A stretch of DNA of 61,631 bases, counting the filler, from Squatina squatina (taxonomy: Eukaryota), in NCBI GenBank assembly GCA_031763465.1. It is 4 parts of 4 records of this genome, joined end to end, with 100 filler letters (N's around TTAATTAATTAA, not from the genome) between each part and the next. Parts side by side here need not be neighbours in the genome. Positions count along the whole stretch, not along the records: positions 47,718 to 61,631 come from JARFOE010774625.1; 3 more parts are not named here. One strand, 5' to 3'. Shown one piece after another: positions 51,224-61,522 of this stretch. Below the pieces are notes generated by a model. The model ran no database searches, had not been told where the DNA came from, and saw nothing but the letters and a program-made list of their open reading frames with translations. A program made the position numbers and the translations under genes. Position 1 is the stretch's first letter. The number at the start of each line of letters is the position of its first letter.

Positions 51224-51511
51224 CTGGTGTTGGGTGGCCGGGGATGCTGAACAGGTGGTGAGGCACCAACCAGCCATTGTACTGCTGCCCAACACTGCAC
51301 TCCATGAATTGTAGTAGAACTGAATATTGGGTATGCTGGATGCTCGGAGATTCCACTGGTTTCACATATGGTCCCCACATCCTTGTCCAATTTAATATCT
51401 TTCATGTAAGTAAACCCCTTTAACGCGATAAACACATTGCGCGTTCCCTGTGGTACTGAAGTAAAAACACATCACCACGTTCAAAGGTAAAAGCACTGAA
51501 TATGGGGGAAT
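51224..51511 (-). pseudogene. Possible decayed Ig-superfamily constant (C1)-domain exon
   Basis: cctgcag|at...ccag|gtac bound a 288-bp phase 1-1 segment; Cys...Trp 15 residues apart (AMCL...ILNWTR), then ESPSIQ..QYSVLLQ and, in shifted frames, QWLVGAS/TC/QHP; stops and frameshifts; judged by eye only. Confidence 0.4.
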
Positions 51512-52977
51512 CTGCAGGATATGGTAGAACGTGTACAATAATACTGGGAGAGATTGTGGAGGAAACAGTGAATGTAATAGTCAAGAAGTACAACATTGTG
51601 GAATCAGAAAAATGCGAAATTCGCAATTAGGAAATGATTCATTCCTTTCCAAACGAAGGACATAATAAGGAAGATAATTGCAGATGTATTGACCTCACGT
51701 CAGGTATAGGTACTGTTTCAGTTTTACCATCACTTACACTAATCGTCACGCACTGGAGGTAAATATCAGCTCTTTCTGTGTGATGATGAGGCGATGACTT
51801 GGGTATAATGGTGGATAGCTGCTTATTAATTTTGGTGGGATTCAATCACCGTTCTACTGAATATAGGCTTGACTTGGTAATGGAATGGTCAGTGTTGCAC
51901 CGCTTTCTAAATATTAGCACTCAAGAGATTGGGTTATCAACAAATATTAAAGATATTGAACGATCTGGAATGAGATGCTGAATGAATCATAAAATGCTCA
52001 AAAATAATTGGTGAAAATAATAATTTATCTTTGTAGCATGCAGTTGCTCACATTAAAGATGATTTGTTTTGTGCGCACACGACCGAACACATACACCTGC
52101 GAACACACACACAAACACACATATATTAATATACATATATACAGCAAACACGTTGTGTGTGCTCTTTTCAGTTGTTCATCTTAACCAGATGAGATTTGGT
52201 GAGCCCGGCAGACATTAAAACCCTGCAAAGCAACATCTGGCGATGCTGTGAGGTCACGGTTCCAGACTCTGACGACCAGAATTACTGGGCGATGTAGAAA
52301 CTCAGTAGAAAATACTGCAGGAAAAGGAATGCTTAAAATTAAAAAACTGGGACCTTCTGCAGAAAGCATTGGGACAATTAGCCGACAACGTTTATGTGAC
52401 GATTAGCTTGCTATCTTATTAGGACTCCCAATCGACCATGTTTGTATGACACATAGTAGGCCATGTTCGTGTGAGTTACAGTCAGCCATGTATATGTGAT
52501 GATTAGTCAGCCATGTTTACGTTAGGTACATATAGTTTGTCATTTGAAGCCCATTCCGTTGCTGTCAAGAATATTGAGCTGCCACCTCCTCTGTCAATTT
52601 CCCTGACCCTTTGCTCGCAGCCTGTAAATATGGATCACTTCAACAGAGTCCCTTATTCGGTTAGAGACAGTTCATACACAACGAATAGATTTCACAAGTT
52701 CGTGATTGTGCTCTTTCAAACATGCCCCAAGCACAGAGTTCTCTCAATATCCATTCCCCTTCTGAGTGTCACTTCAGTTTTTTGTCACTGCATCTCCTAA
52801 CTTAGATCATTAGATAAATTAAAATGAATTATTACTGAATTCAAATATAACTTTAATTGCAAAGAATGGGACGGTGCTGGAAGCAATTGTTTAAATTACA
52901 GAGAGAGTTTTTCCTTTGATAATATTGTGTTTATCTGTCGTTATATTAAAAATGGCACTGGACTGCCTCATATTTTA

Positions 52978-53165
52978 ACCTGACACTCAGTTGCTGGACT
53001 GAGAGAGTGCTGCATGGTCTGAGGCGCCGTCCTTCAAATCAGAGGTTTAACTGAGGTCCAGTCAGTCCGTTCAGGGAGATGTTAAAGAATCCCCAACACT
53101 ATTGGAATTAGAGCGACAGATTCTCCCGGTGTCCTGGGACAACATTCCACGCTAAACAAACAACA
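52978..53165 (+). mobile_element. Partial Deu-domain SINE upstream of the V leader
   Basis: ctgacactcag...actgagagagtgctgc...gaggcgccgtccttc...ttctcccggtgtcctgggacaacatt. Confidence 0.65.
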
Positions 53166-53529
53166 CCGAATAAAACAAAAGAACCGAACTTCTGACTCTT
53201 TACTGCAGGGCAAAGGCAGTGACAGCCCTGCTGACAGAACAATACCCGCCTGTACATCAGGCTGATGTGGGTGGGGCTTTCACATCGGGCTCAGAGACCC
53301 AATGAACCGCAGGTTATTCTTTAAACCTGTCGCTTATTGACCCAGCACACAGCCAGAATTCACGCAACCAAACAGCTCATTGCTGATATCCGGTACACTG
53401 CCCTGAGCAATTCAACTTGATCATCAAAAGTACTTCAGTCCATCTCTGAGCTCCAGTCCCCCAGAACAGTCCAGGGCTGCGGTCTCCAGCTCCCCGCCAT
53501 ATCAACCTTCAGGTCCAGGCAGAAGAAAG

Positions 53530-53572
53530 ATGGGAATCCTCCTTGTTTTAACCCTGTGCGTCTGTTTACCCC
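53530..53572 (+). CDS. Leader (signal peptide) exon of the NAR-TCR V gene
   Basis: ATG...MGILLVLTLCVCLP c|gtaagt, phase 1; 123-bp intron to the V exon acceptor tttccag at 53695. Confidence 0.92.
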
Positions 53573-53695
53573 GTAAGTACCGTTCCTACAAACCGATGTT
53601 GTGTGAATTTAATATAAAGCGGTCTGGGTTCATCTCAGCCCCGTTGTGTGGTTCGGCTCTGATGGCCCGTTAAATTCTCTCTGTTGCATTTCCAG

Positions 53696-53986
53696 GCTCT
53701 TTCAGTCAGTCGGTGGTACAGACCCCGCCAGCGGTGACCAGGCAGGAGTGTCAGTCTCTCACCATCAACTGCGTTTTCTATGGTGGCTTTTATGCTCGTC
53801 CTTTAACGAATGGGGAATTCTTCAGGCAAGCACAAGCCGGGACAGAGTGGGAGGGAATCGCGAGTGGAGAGCGATTTGTTGTGAGGATGAATCGGGCAGA
53901 AAAGACATTTTCGCTGGAAATTCGGGATGTGCGAGTTGAAGACAGCGCCACCTATTACTGTAAAGCTCAGTACAAGTATTATACCG
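53696..53986 (+). CDS. IgNAR-like variable segment (NAR-TCR V), germline, open frame
   Basis: (R)SFSQSVVQTPPAVTRQECQSLTINC...FFRQ...SGERFVVRMNRAEKTFSLEIRDVRVEDSATYYCKA; SLTINC, GRF/KTFSL.I.D..VEDSATYYCKA and the short FR2-CDR2 (47 aa from the Trp41 position to the second Cys) are VNAR hallmarks; followed directly by an RSS. Confidence 0.93.
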
Positions 53987-54024
53987 CACAGTGATGGGCC
54001 TCGGCTTCCCGCCGGACAAAAACT
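53987..54024 (+). other. V(D)J recombination signal, 22-bp spacer
   Basis: cacagtg (53987-53993) + 22 nt + acaaaaact (54016-54024). Confidence 0.95.
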
Positions 54025-54349
54025 CTCACTGCAGATTGTCGCAGAAACAAGTGAAAAAGCAGAGTTAATCTGCCGCTAAATGCCACAGTTCCGCCCCGCC
54101 CATCCTACCCCACAATCGAGTTTATAATCAGATTGGGTTATTGCAGTTCACACCTTGAGTTTTGTAAATGCTGAGTGTGCGCGGGCGGTGATGCCTTTCC
54201 CGGGATTGGTGTTGGTGAATGCCGATTGGGAATGACCAATCTCAGTTACAAGTCCCGAACACCAGATGGGATCCTGTTCGAACAACTTGAGTCGGGAAGC
54301 GCAGTCATCCTTGTGTAACTAATGCCCCGCCATCTCTTCCAGTCCCAAG

Positions 54350-54422
54350 GGATTTGATACTGACTTGAAACACTGTGTTATTTTGGGAGGATATCACAGT
54401 GAAACAGGCCTGACCAAATTCC
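54350..54422 (+). other. Diversity (D) segment ttattttgggaggatat (54378-54394) flanked by 12-RSS on both sides
   Basis: ggatttgat-12nt-cactgtg [D] cacagtg-12nt-ccaaattcc; perfect heptamers, imperfect nonamers; all three frames open (LFWED/YFGRI/ILGGY). Confidence 0.88.
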
Positions 54423-54735
54423 TCTGTACAATTAAAACATAAATTCCCTAGGCCCGGGCCCTGGATTGTCGGATTGCTGTTATTATCGCCGTACCTGCTT
54501 TAATTTATTTGCAACTTCCTGCGTTCAGTTTTCTTCCTTTGATTTTTTTCAGTATATATGAAGCGCCCATCTCTGGCCCGTGTCCCAGGGCCATTTTACT
54601 AAAGCTCACAGACTCACAAAGTACAGTTTGAACCGACTGGGACTGTGAAACACTGAATATTATTTATTGATCGCTGGAATAATTGGGCAGCACCGGCTGT
54701 CTGGTGATGTGCGGCCGGCAGATTGAGATGTCGGG

Positions 54736-54774
54736 AGTTTTTGTAACAGGGTGACTGAGAGCAGTGTCACTGTG
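54736..54774 (-). other. 23-RSS upstream of J
   Basis: agtttttgt (54736-54744) + 23 nt + cactgtg (54768-54774). Confidence 0.95.
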
Positions 54775-54831
54775 GCCAGTGGTATTATGCTACTGCGGAC
54801 GGATCCGGGACAGTGGTGACTGTCACAGCCG
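54775..54831 (+). CDS. Joining (J) segment of the NAR-TCR cassette
   Basis: QWYYATADGSGTVVTVTA g|gtaagt; GxGT-V-TV motif; phase-1 donor; preceded by a 23-RSS. Confidence 0.93.
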
Positions 54832-55669
54832 GTAAGTGACTCCCAAACCCTCTGCGTCACAGACTGTCCCTGTTAATGTTCACTGACACTTTATTATTTT
54901 GATCAGCATTACTTCAGTCCCCTTCACAGTAAAACAGAGCTGCTTTCTAATGGAGCTTTCCCATTGTCATTTTAGATTCGGGAGCAGAATATGAACCGGG
55001 ATTGAGTCTGGGTGTGAGTCCGGAGAGTGGAGGTGTGAGACCCCCGCGGGAAGGCACTCTGCGGGTGTTTGATCCCAGCTGGACCACCATTGGTTTGACT
55101 GGGACCTCGGGGCTCCCATGGACGTCCCGGGCTCTCAGATCCTGAGTTAGTTTTAAATGAGCGCAGATTGGTGATGCTCCGGGCTCAGCTCTCGGAGTTC
55201 ACTGTGACTGAGAGAGCTCTGTCTGTCCCTGTGAGCCGGAGAGGGGGTCAGAGAGCTCCAGCCTGGGCAAGAGATTGCAGTCAGGATCGGGCAGTGTGGA
55301 TGAGGTGAAGGACTGGTGAACCCAATACTGCAGCAACCCATCCGATAGTTGCCGCGATCCATCCGATACCTGCAGCAGCCCATCTGATATCTGTAGCAGC
55401 AGGAAAAACGGGAGCACAGTGGGTTTCTAATACAAGAGATCCGTTTGAAGGTCTAGAAAGCGTTTCATCATTGGGCACTCAGTAATGGCAATTAGTTGTA
55501 TCGTATCAGATGTTTCCCTGATATTTACTCTAATTCCCTTCATACAAACAACCATGTTCTCTCCATATTCTCGTTTAAGTCGAAATGTAAAAGCTCTGAA
55601 CATTTCTTTATTATTTACATTGATAAATATATTTCCAAATCAATCAAATCGGGGATTGAGGAGGAACTT

Positions 55670-55890
55670 GAGGAGTGGTGAGAATGTGAAATTTGCAGCC
55701 AAAAGGAGCAGTTGAGACGAATAGCATAGATGCATTGAAGGGGATTCCAGATAAGTCCATGAGGGAGATGGGAATATGAGGTTCTGTTGATTGGGTTGGA
55801 TGAAACCGGAGTGAGAGAAGGCTCTTGTGGAGCAGTAACACAGGCAGGGACCAGTTGCGATGAAGAACCTGTTTCTGTGCGCTACTTTCG
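55670..55890 (+). mobile_element. CR1 3'-end fragment in the J-to-V intron
   Basis: gagtggtgagaatgtg...gaatagcatagatgcatt...ggctcttgtggagcagtaacacaggcagggaccagttg. Confidence 0.7.
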
Positions 55891-56299
55891 GTGTTATTCT
55901 ATGTAATACGTAATGTTGCTGTTCGAGAGATCGGATTGCAGTAATTTATCTCTATCCCTGGTTACTGTTAATGGAAACAACACAGGGCAATGAGCGAGTG
56001 AGGGCGTGGTTCTAATGTTCTTATAAAGTAGAACAGCAACACCTGGGGGAACAAGGATAGATTGAAGAAAAGTCCATTTACAACCAGAAAGAAATAATTC
56101 ATTGAAAGGCAGAGGAATATTGGACTTCACCGGTCAGGCGGGGTTGTGGATATACGGATCTCTGGGCCATTCAAATCACATTTCGTCACTGGTGCAGTGA
56201 GATTTACTGGAGGGATGGGCTGTGATTGGGTTCCGGCCCTTTTCTTAGCTTTGCCTTCTTTACACTCCCGAGCAAAGAAAGCAGCAGCGATCCACAACT

Positions 56300-56730
56300 T
56301 CCTGGAAAGATTGAACAGGCTGGATCTCTTTTCTTTGTTAATGGCAAGTTGATGAAGAGACATGATGGAAGTCATTAAAATTATGAAGCGGTTTGATAGG
56401 CTGCAGGTGGGGAAACTGTTTCCATTTGTCGCCGAGTCCATAACAAGAGGCCACAAATATAAGGTAGTCACTAACAGAATAAATAAAGACATGCGGAAAA
56501 ATGTATTTATGCAGAGAGGCATCAGAATGTGGAACTCGCTGCCACTTGGAATGGATGAAGCAGATAGCGTTGATGCATTTAAGGGAGGCTTGAAAATTAC
56601 CGGAGGGAGAATGGAATGGGGGGACACAGGGGTCAGGATGGAAAGAGATTGTTGGAGTGGCGGGGGGAGGTTCGTGTGGAGTATACACACCGGTACAGGC
56701 CCCTGGGGCCGAATCGCTTGTTCCTGTTCA
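56300..56730 (+). mobile_element. CR1 3'-end fragment in the J-to-V intron
   Basis: LERLNRLDLFSL, EVIKIMKRFDR, TRGHKYK, RKNVFMQRGIRMWNSLP. Confidence 0.85.
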
Positions 56731-57582
56731 CCAGAGAAACCTCCACCCGACGAACACGGGAGAGAATCAGGCAATGGACTGAATGAATTGACATTGTCAG
56801 AGAGCGGGAAGAGCCAGTTCCCAGTGAGTAACAATTAAACCACTGCGGAAACTACACAGACTGAACCCAACCGACAACTGAGAGACTTTGGTGCAGGTTC
56901 TCAGGCTGGCAAAAAACCGCAAACAGATGTAGAAATAAAGTGGAGAAATAATTCAAGTGCTGGTAAAATTGAGGAAAATGGGCCCCATAGAGGCAAACAG
57001 AGCGGGAGGCAGGCAGCAGCTCCATTAATGTGTTAAACTGCAGTAAATATTCACCTTTGACCAATAGATTTGCAATTTCAGCTTGGCTCAATCGGGGCTC
57101 ATGGATTTCACTGCTTTATGTTAGATCTTGCTGTGTAAGCTGATTGTCTCAGTGAGGAGGAGAATGGACTATTGAAATGTTTCCTCTGGTTTACATTGTG
57201 GCAAGAATATTAGAAACAGAAATGTAACAGGGATGGTAGCATCACACAGCACAGGAAGAGGTCCCAGCCCCTTGCTCTTCCCACACCCCGGCTAATGATT
57301 CCTTTTCCAGCAATGATACAATTTCCCTTTAAACATTGCGATTGAATCTGCTTTCAACACATTTTCAGGCAGCGCTTTCCAGCTCATAACAACTCGCCAC
57401 ATAGGAGAAATCTCCTCATCTCCCCCAAACCCCACCCCCGCGGTTCTTTTCGCAATTACATTGAAGAAATTATAAAATTATGTACAGCATGAGCGCGGGA
57501 GGCAGAACTATCCCTGTGATTGGCAAGTGTCAGTGGGTAAATAGCAGCTGACAAAATAAAACTGTCTAATTTAATCCTGCAG

Positions 57583-57888
57583 ATTCCAGTTTCTCAATGT
57601 CTCAGAGATCACCACTACAAACCTCTGCTGCCGGTGACACCATTACATTAAGCTGCGAATATTCAGGGTTTTGTCAGTACACAATACACTGGTACCGTCA
57701 GTCCCCAGGGAAGGCTCCGAAACACCTGCTTCAAAGACACACTTCAGGAGCGGGGAATGAAGAAAACACTGCCGGGGTCCGAATTTCTGCTTCTATCGAT
57801 CCGGCTGAGAAAATCAGCCAGTTAAATATCACAAAACTGCAGCTGAGTGACGCTGCTGTGTATTACTGTGCACTGAGTCCACACACAA
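57583..57888 (+). CDS. Leaderless TCR-delta-like 'supporting' V segment, germline, open frame
   Basis: cctgcag|(D)SSFSMSQRSPLQTSAAGDTITLSCEYSGFCQYTIHWYRQSPGKAPKHLL...SQLNITKLQLSDAAVYYCALS; WYRQ and L.LSD.AVYYCAL are TCR alpha/delta V motifs; phase-1 acceptor compatible with the J donor; no hydrophobic leader exon seen upstream. Confidence 0.92.
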
Positions 57889-57927
57889 CACAGTGATACA
57901 GAGCACGGAGAGAGCTGTACAAAAACC
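57889..57927 (+). other. Consensus 23-RSS of the supporting V
   Basis: cacagtg + atacagagcacggagagagctgt (23) + acaaaaacc. Confidence 0.97.
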
Positions 57928-57951
57928 TGCACATGCTGGGGATTGCAGACA

Positions 57952-57990
57952 CACAGTGATACCGAGCACACAGAGAACAGTTCAAAAACC
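57952..57990 (+). other. Second, tandem 23-RSS
   Basis: cacagtg + ataccgagcacacagagaacagt (23) + tcaaaaacc, 24 bp after the first nonamer. Confidence 0.9.
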
Positions 57991-58004
57991 TTAACGTGGT
58001 ATAA

Positions 58005-61000
58005 TGAGGGATAAAGTGCAGCAGGCGTATTTTATAGAGCTGGAGAAGAGATTTAAAAGCAGGACCTCAAAGGTTATACTCTCCATAGTACTCGCAGTGC
58101 CACGAGCTAGTTAGCACAGCAGCAGCAGGATAGAGAAAGGAATGCGTGGCTGGAGATATGGTGCAGGAGGGTGGGCTTTAGATTCCTGGGACATTGAGAC
58201 CGGTTCTGCGGCAGGAAGGACCTGTTCAGGCCGGACGGGTTGCTCCTCAATGGAGACAGGGAACAATATTCTCATGGTAGGGGTTGTGGGCGGACTGGGG
58301 TTGGGTGCTGTTGTTGGTGGGGTGGGAGATTGCACAAGCTATGGTGGTGGGTTTAAACTAATTTGCTTCGTGACGGGCACCAAATGCACAATTCAAAATG
58401 AGAAACAAACTGCACAAAGGGTTGGGAGTCAGAGATAGCACCAGAGTAAGGAATAGAAAGGTCTTCGATGTGGTCAGACTGATAAAGAGCGGAAGAACAT
58501 CTAATGAAGGTTTAGCCTGCATGTGTTTCAATGCACAAAGAATGGTAAATAATGTTAGTGATCTTCAGGTGCAAACAGCCACATTGGCATATGATATCAT
58601 GGCGATAATGGAGACTTGGCTCACAAAAGGCCAGCGTTGTGCATTACATTTTCCTGGATATAAGGTGTTCGGGAAAGATAGGGAAAGAAAGAAAGGGTGA
58701 GGTGTAATAGTATTGGTTAAGGAGAATGGTACAGTGCTGGACAGAGAAGATGTCCTGAATTTGTCAAGGACAGAAACTATTTGTTTTGAATTAAGGAATA
58801 ATAGTGTTGCCATTGCACGACTCGGTGTATTTTGTCGGCTGTCAACAAGTGGGAAGAATGTAGAGGGGCACAATAGCAGGGAAATTACACAAAGGTGCAC
58901 GAACGATAAAGTTCGAATAATGGGGGCATTGAACTGATTAAGTAGAGACTGGGATAGTAATAGAGTAAAGGGCCAAGTGGGGGGAGAATTTCTCAAGTGT
59001 GTACAGGGGAATTTCTTGATCAGTGTGTTTCCGGCTCAATAAGGAAGGAGACATTGCTGGATCAGAATCTCGAGAATGAGCTGGGGCAATTGGAGGAAGT
59101 GTCAGCAGTGGAACATTTAAGGAACAATGATCCTAGTATCATAAGATATAGATTAGCTGTGGAAACAGACAGGGAGCAATCTGGAGCAAAATTATTTAAT
59201 TGGGGGAATGACAATTTCAGTGGGTTCAGACTTCATCTGGCTCAGGTAAATTGGAATCAAACGTAGGCAGGCAAAATTGTAAACGAGAAACAGGCTGCCT
59301 TTAAAGAGGAGATGGTTCCCGCACAGTCGAGATACATTCACACGAGGGCGAAAGGTGGGGCAATTAAGGCAGCACTGGATGATTAAAGAGATAGAACGTA
59401 AGCTGAAGCAGAAGAAGACTGTGTATGACAGATGTCAGGTTGAGAATACCGATAAGAAACAGCCTGAATATAGAAAGTTCAGAGGAGATGTGAAAAAGAA
59501 AATAAGAGGGGCAAATGGAGATTATGAGAATGGATTTGCAGCTAAACTAAAATGTATTTCTCAAGGCATCTGTAAGCATCTAAATAGTAAATGGATAGTA
59601 AGAGGAGGGGTAGATCCGGTTAGGAACCGAAAGGAAGATCTAAGCATGGAGGCAGAGGGCACACATGAGTAAGTAAATGAGTACTTTGCATCTGGCTTTC
59701 CCAAGGAAGAAGATGCTGCCAATGTTATCGTGAAAGAGGAGGTAGTTTGGTTACTGGATGAGATAAAAATTGATAAAGCGGAGGTACAAAAAATGCAAGC
59801 TGTCCTTAAATTATATAAGAGCCCACCATAGGATATGATGCATCCGAGGATCCTGATGGAAGTAAAATTGGAAATTCTGGTGGTTCCGACCATGATCCTC
59901 CAATCCTTCTTGGATACGTTTGTGGTGCCGGAGGACTGGAAAGTTACAACTGTTACGTCCTTGTTCAGAGAATTGTGTGAGATTAAACCCAGCAGTTTAA
60001 CCTCGGTAGTGCAGAAGACTTTAGAAATGATGATCAGGGAAAACATTAACAGCCACTTTGACAAGTGTGTACGAGTTAAGGAAAGCAAGCATGGATTTGT
60101 TAAAGCCAAATCATATTTAACTAACTTGATTGATTTTTTTGATGAGAGTAATCTCATCGGTGTGGTGTACCTGGACTTGCAAAAGCCGTTTGATAAAGTG
60201 CCACATAAAAGGCTTACCTGCACAGTTGAAGCGCATGGAACAGTTGGGACAGGGGCAAAATGTATACGAAATTGGGTAAGTGACAGTAGACAGAATAATG
60301 GTGAATTGTTGTTCGTCGGACTGAAGGAAGGTACACAGTGGGGTTCCCCAGCAGTCAGTACTGGGACCACAGTTTTTCCTGATATTTATCAATGACTTGG
60401 ACCTGGGTGCACAGCGGAATTTTTCACAATTTGCAGGAAATTTAACGCAGGCAAATGCGACGTAATGCATTTTGGTAGGAATAACTCGAGGCTATATAAA
60501 CTAAGTAGTATAATTCTAAAGGGGCTGGTTGAACAGAGAGACCGGGGGTAAATGTGGATAACTTGATGAATTTGGGAGGGCAGGTTGAGAACGCATTTAA
60601 AATAGCATACGGATATCCGGAGCTTCATAAATAGAGGCATAGAATACAAAAGCAAGGACATTACGATGAACCTGTTTAAAACACTGGTCTGACCTCAACT
60701 GGAGTTTTGTGTCAAATTCCTGGGACCACACTTTAGGAAGGATGTGGAGGCTTTAGCGAGGGTGCAGAGAAGACTTCCAAGAATGGTTCAAGGAATGAAG
60801 GATTCAGGTCCGTTGAAACAGAGTGGAGAAGTTGGGTCGCTCTCCTTAAAGCAGCAAGGGTTGAGAGGAGATTTGATTGAACTGGGCAAAAACTTGAGGG
60901 TTCTAGACATTGTCGATAGAGAGAAACTGTTCCCTTTGGCGAAAAAATAGTGAAGGCAGGACGACTGTAAGGGTATTTGAGGCAAATTCAAACGTGCATT

Positions 61001-61160
61001 TCAAAACAAAATGGGACAAGTACCTGAAGGTAAAAATTGCAGGGCTACGGGGAAAGCTCAAAGGATTGAGACTAGCCAGAGTTCTCCTGCAGAGACTCAG
61101 CATGGACTCGACGGGCCCAGTGGCCACCTTGAGTGCTGCAACATTCCTATGATTCTACGA
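58005..61160 (+). mobile_element. Long decayed CR1 LINE (ORF1 esterase remnant, APE endonuclease, RT, 3' tail)
   Basis: CFNAQRM, YDIMAIMETWL, FPGYKVFGKDR, HPRILMEV, SKHGFVK, YLDLQKPFDKVPHKRL; tail cattcctatgattctacgatt; many stops. Confidence 0.92.
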
Positions 61161-61189
61161 TTTCCCAGCGAGGCAGGACCAGTGAACAT

Positions 61190-61522
61190 GACATTGGAAG
61201 CTGAGATTAGAAATTAGATAACTGCAATTGAAATAGAAAGAGGAGAAATAATATTATATAAACTAATAAAACTTAAAGAGGATAAAACCCCTCACCCCTC
61301 TGGATGACGTACCTTTATTTGATAAGGCAGATAGAACATGTCCAGTGAATTATAGGCCAGTCTGCTTAACATCGGCGGCAGGAAAAATATAATGCGATCT
61401 TCGCTCAAGGTGTAAATAGAACACTATCTATAAACCAGCAAGATAATAATGAATAGTCAACATGGATTTCGCAAGCAATATTCTTCCTTCACACACCTCA
61501 TTGAACTTGTGAAGAGGTAACA
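61190..61522 (+). mobile_element. Additional CR1 fragment
   Basis: aaacttaaagaggataaaacccct, aattataggccagtctgcttaacatcgg (NYRPVCLTS), agtcaacatggattt (SQHGF). Confidence 0.75.

Noticed and set aside
54600-54660. Possible second D segment (gactgtg at 54641)
   Set aside because: No matching nonamer and no downstream cacagtg heptamer
55200-55400. Perfect heptamer cactgtg at 55200-55206 plus a 21-bp triple repeat (~55327-55400) in the J-V intron, possible extra J or inverted segment
   Set aside because: No nonamer at 12 or 23 bp and no GxG J motif or splice donor follows
56127-56838. 235-aa (-) and 158-aa (+) ORFs between J and the supporting V
   Set aside because: Sense and antisense readings of a CR1 3' fragment; not an Ig constant domain
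57489-57536. ATG-initiated segment with a gtaaat donor just upstream of the supporting V, possible leader exon
   Set aside because: Peptide MSAGGRTIPVIGKCQW is not hydrophobic, the phase (0) is wrong and the intron would be only 46 bp
620-57990. Apparent physical linkage of MHC-region genes (ABCF1, GABBR1) with the NAR-TCR cassette
   Set aside because: Three artificial linkers separate them; co-occurrence in the window is not evidence of synteny
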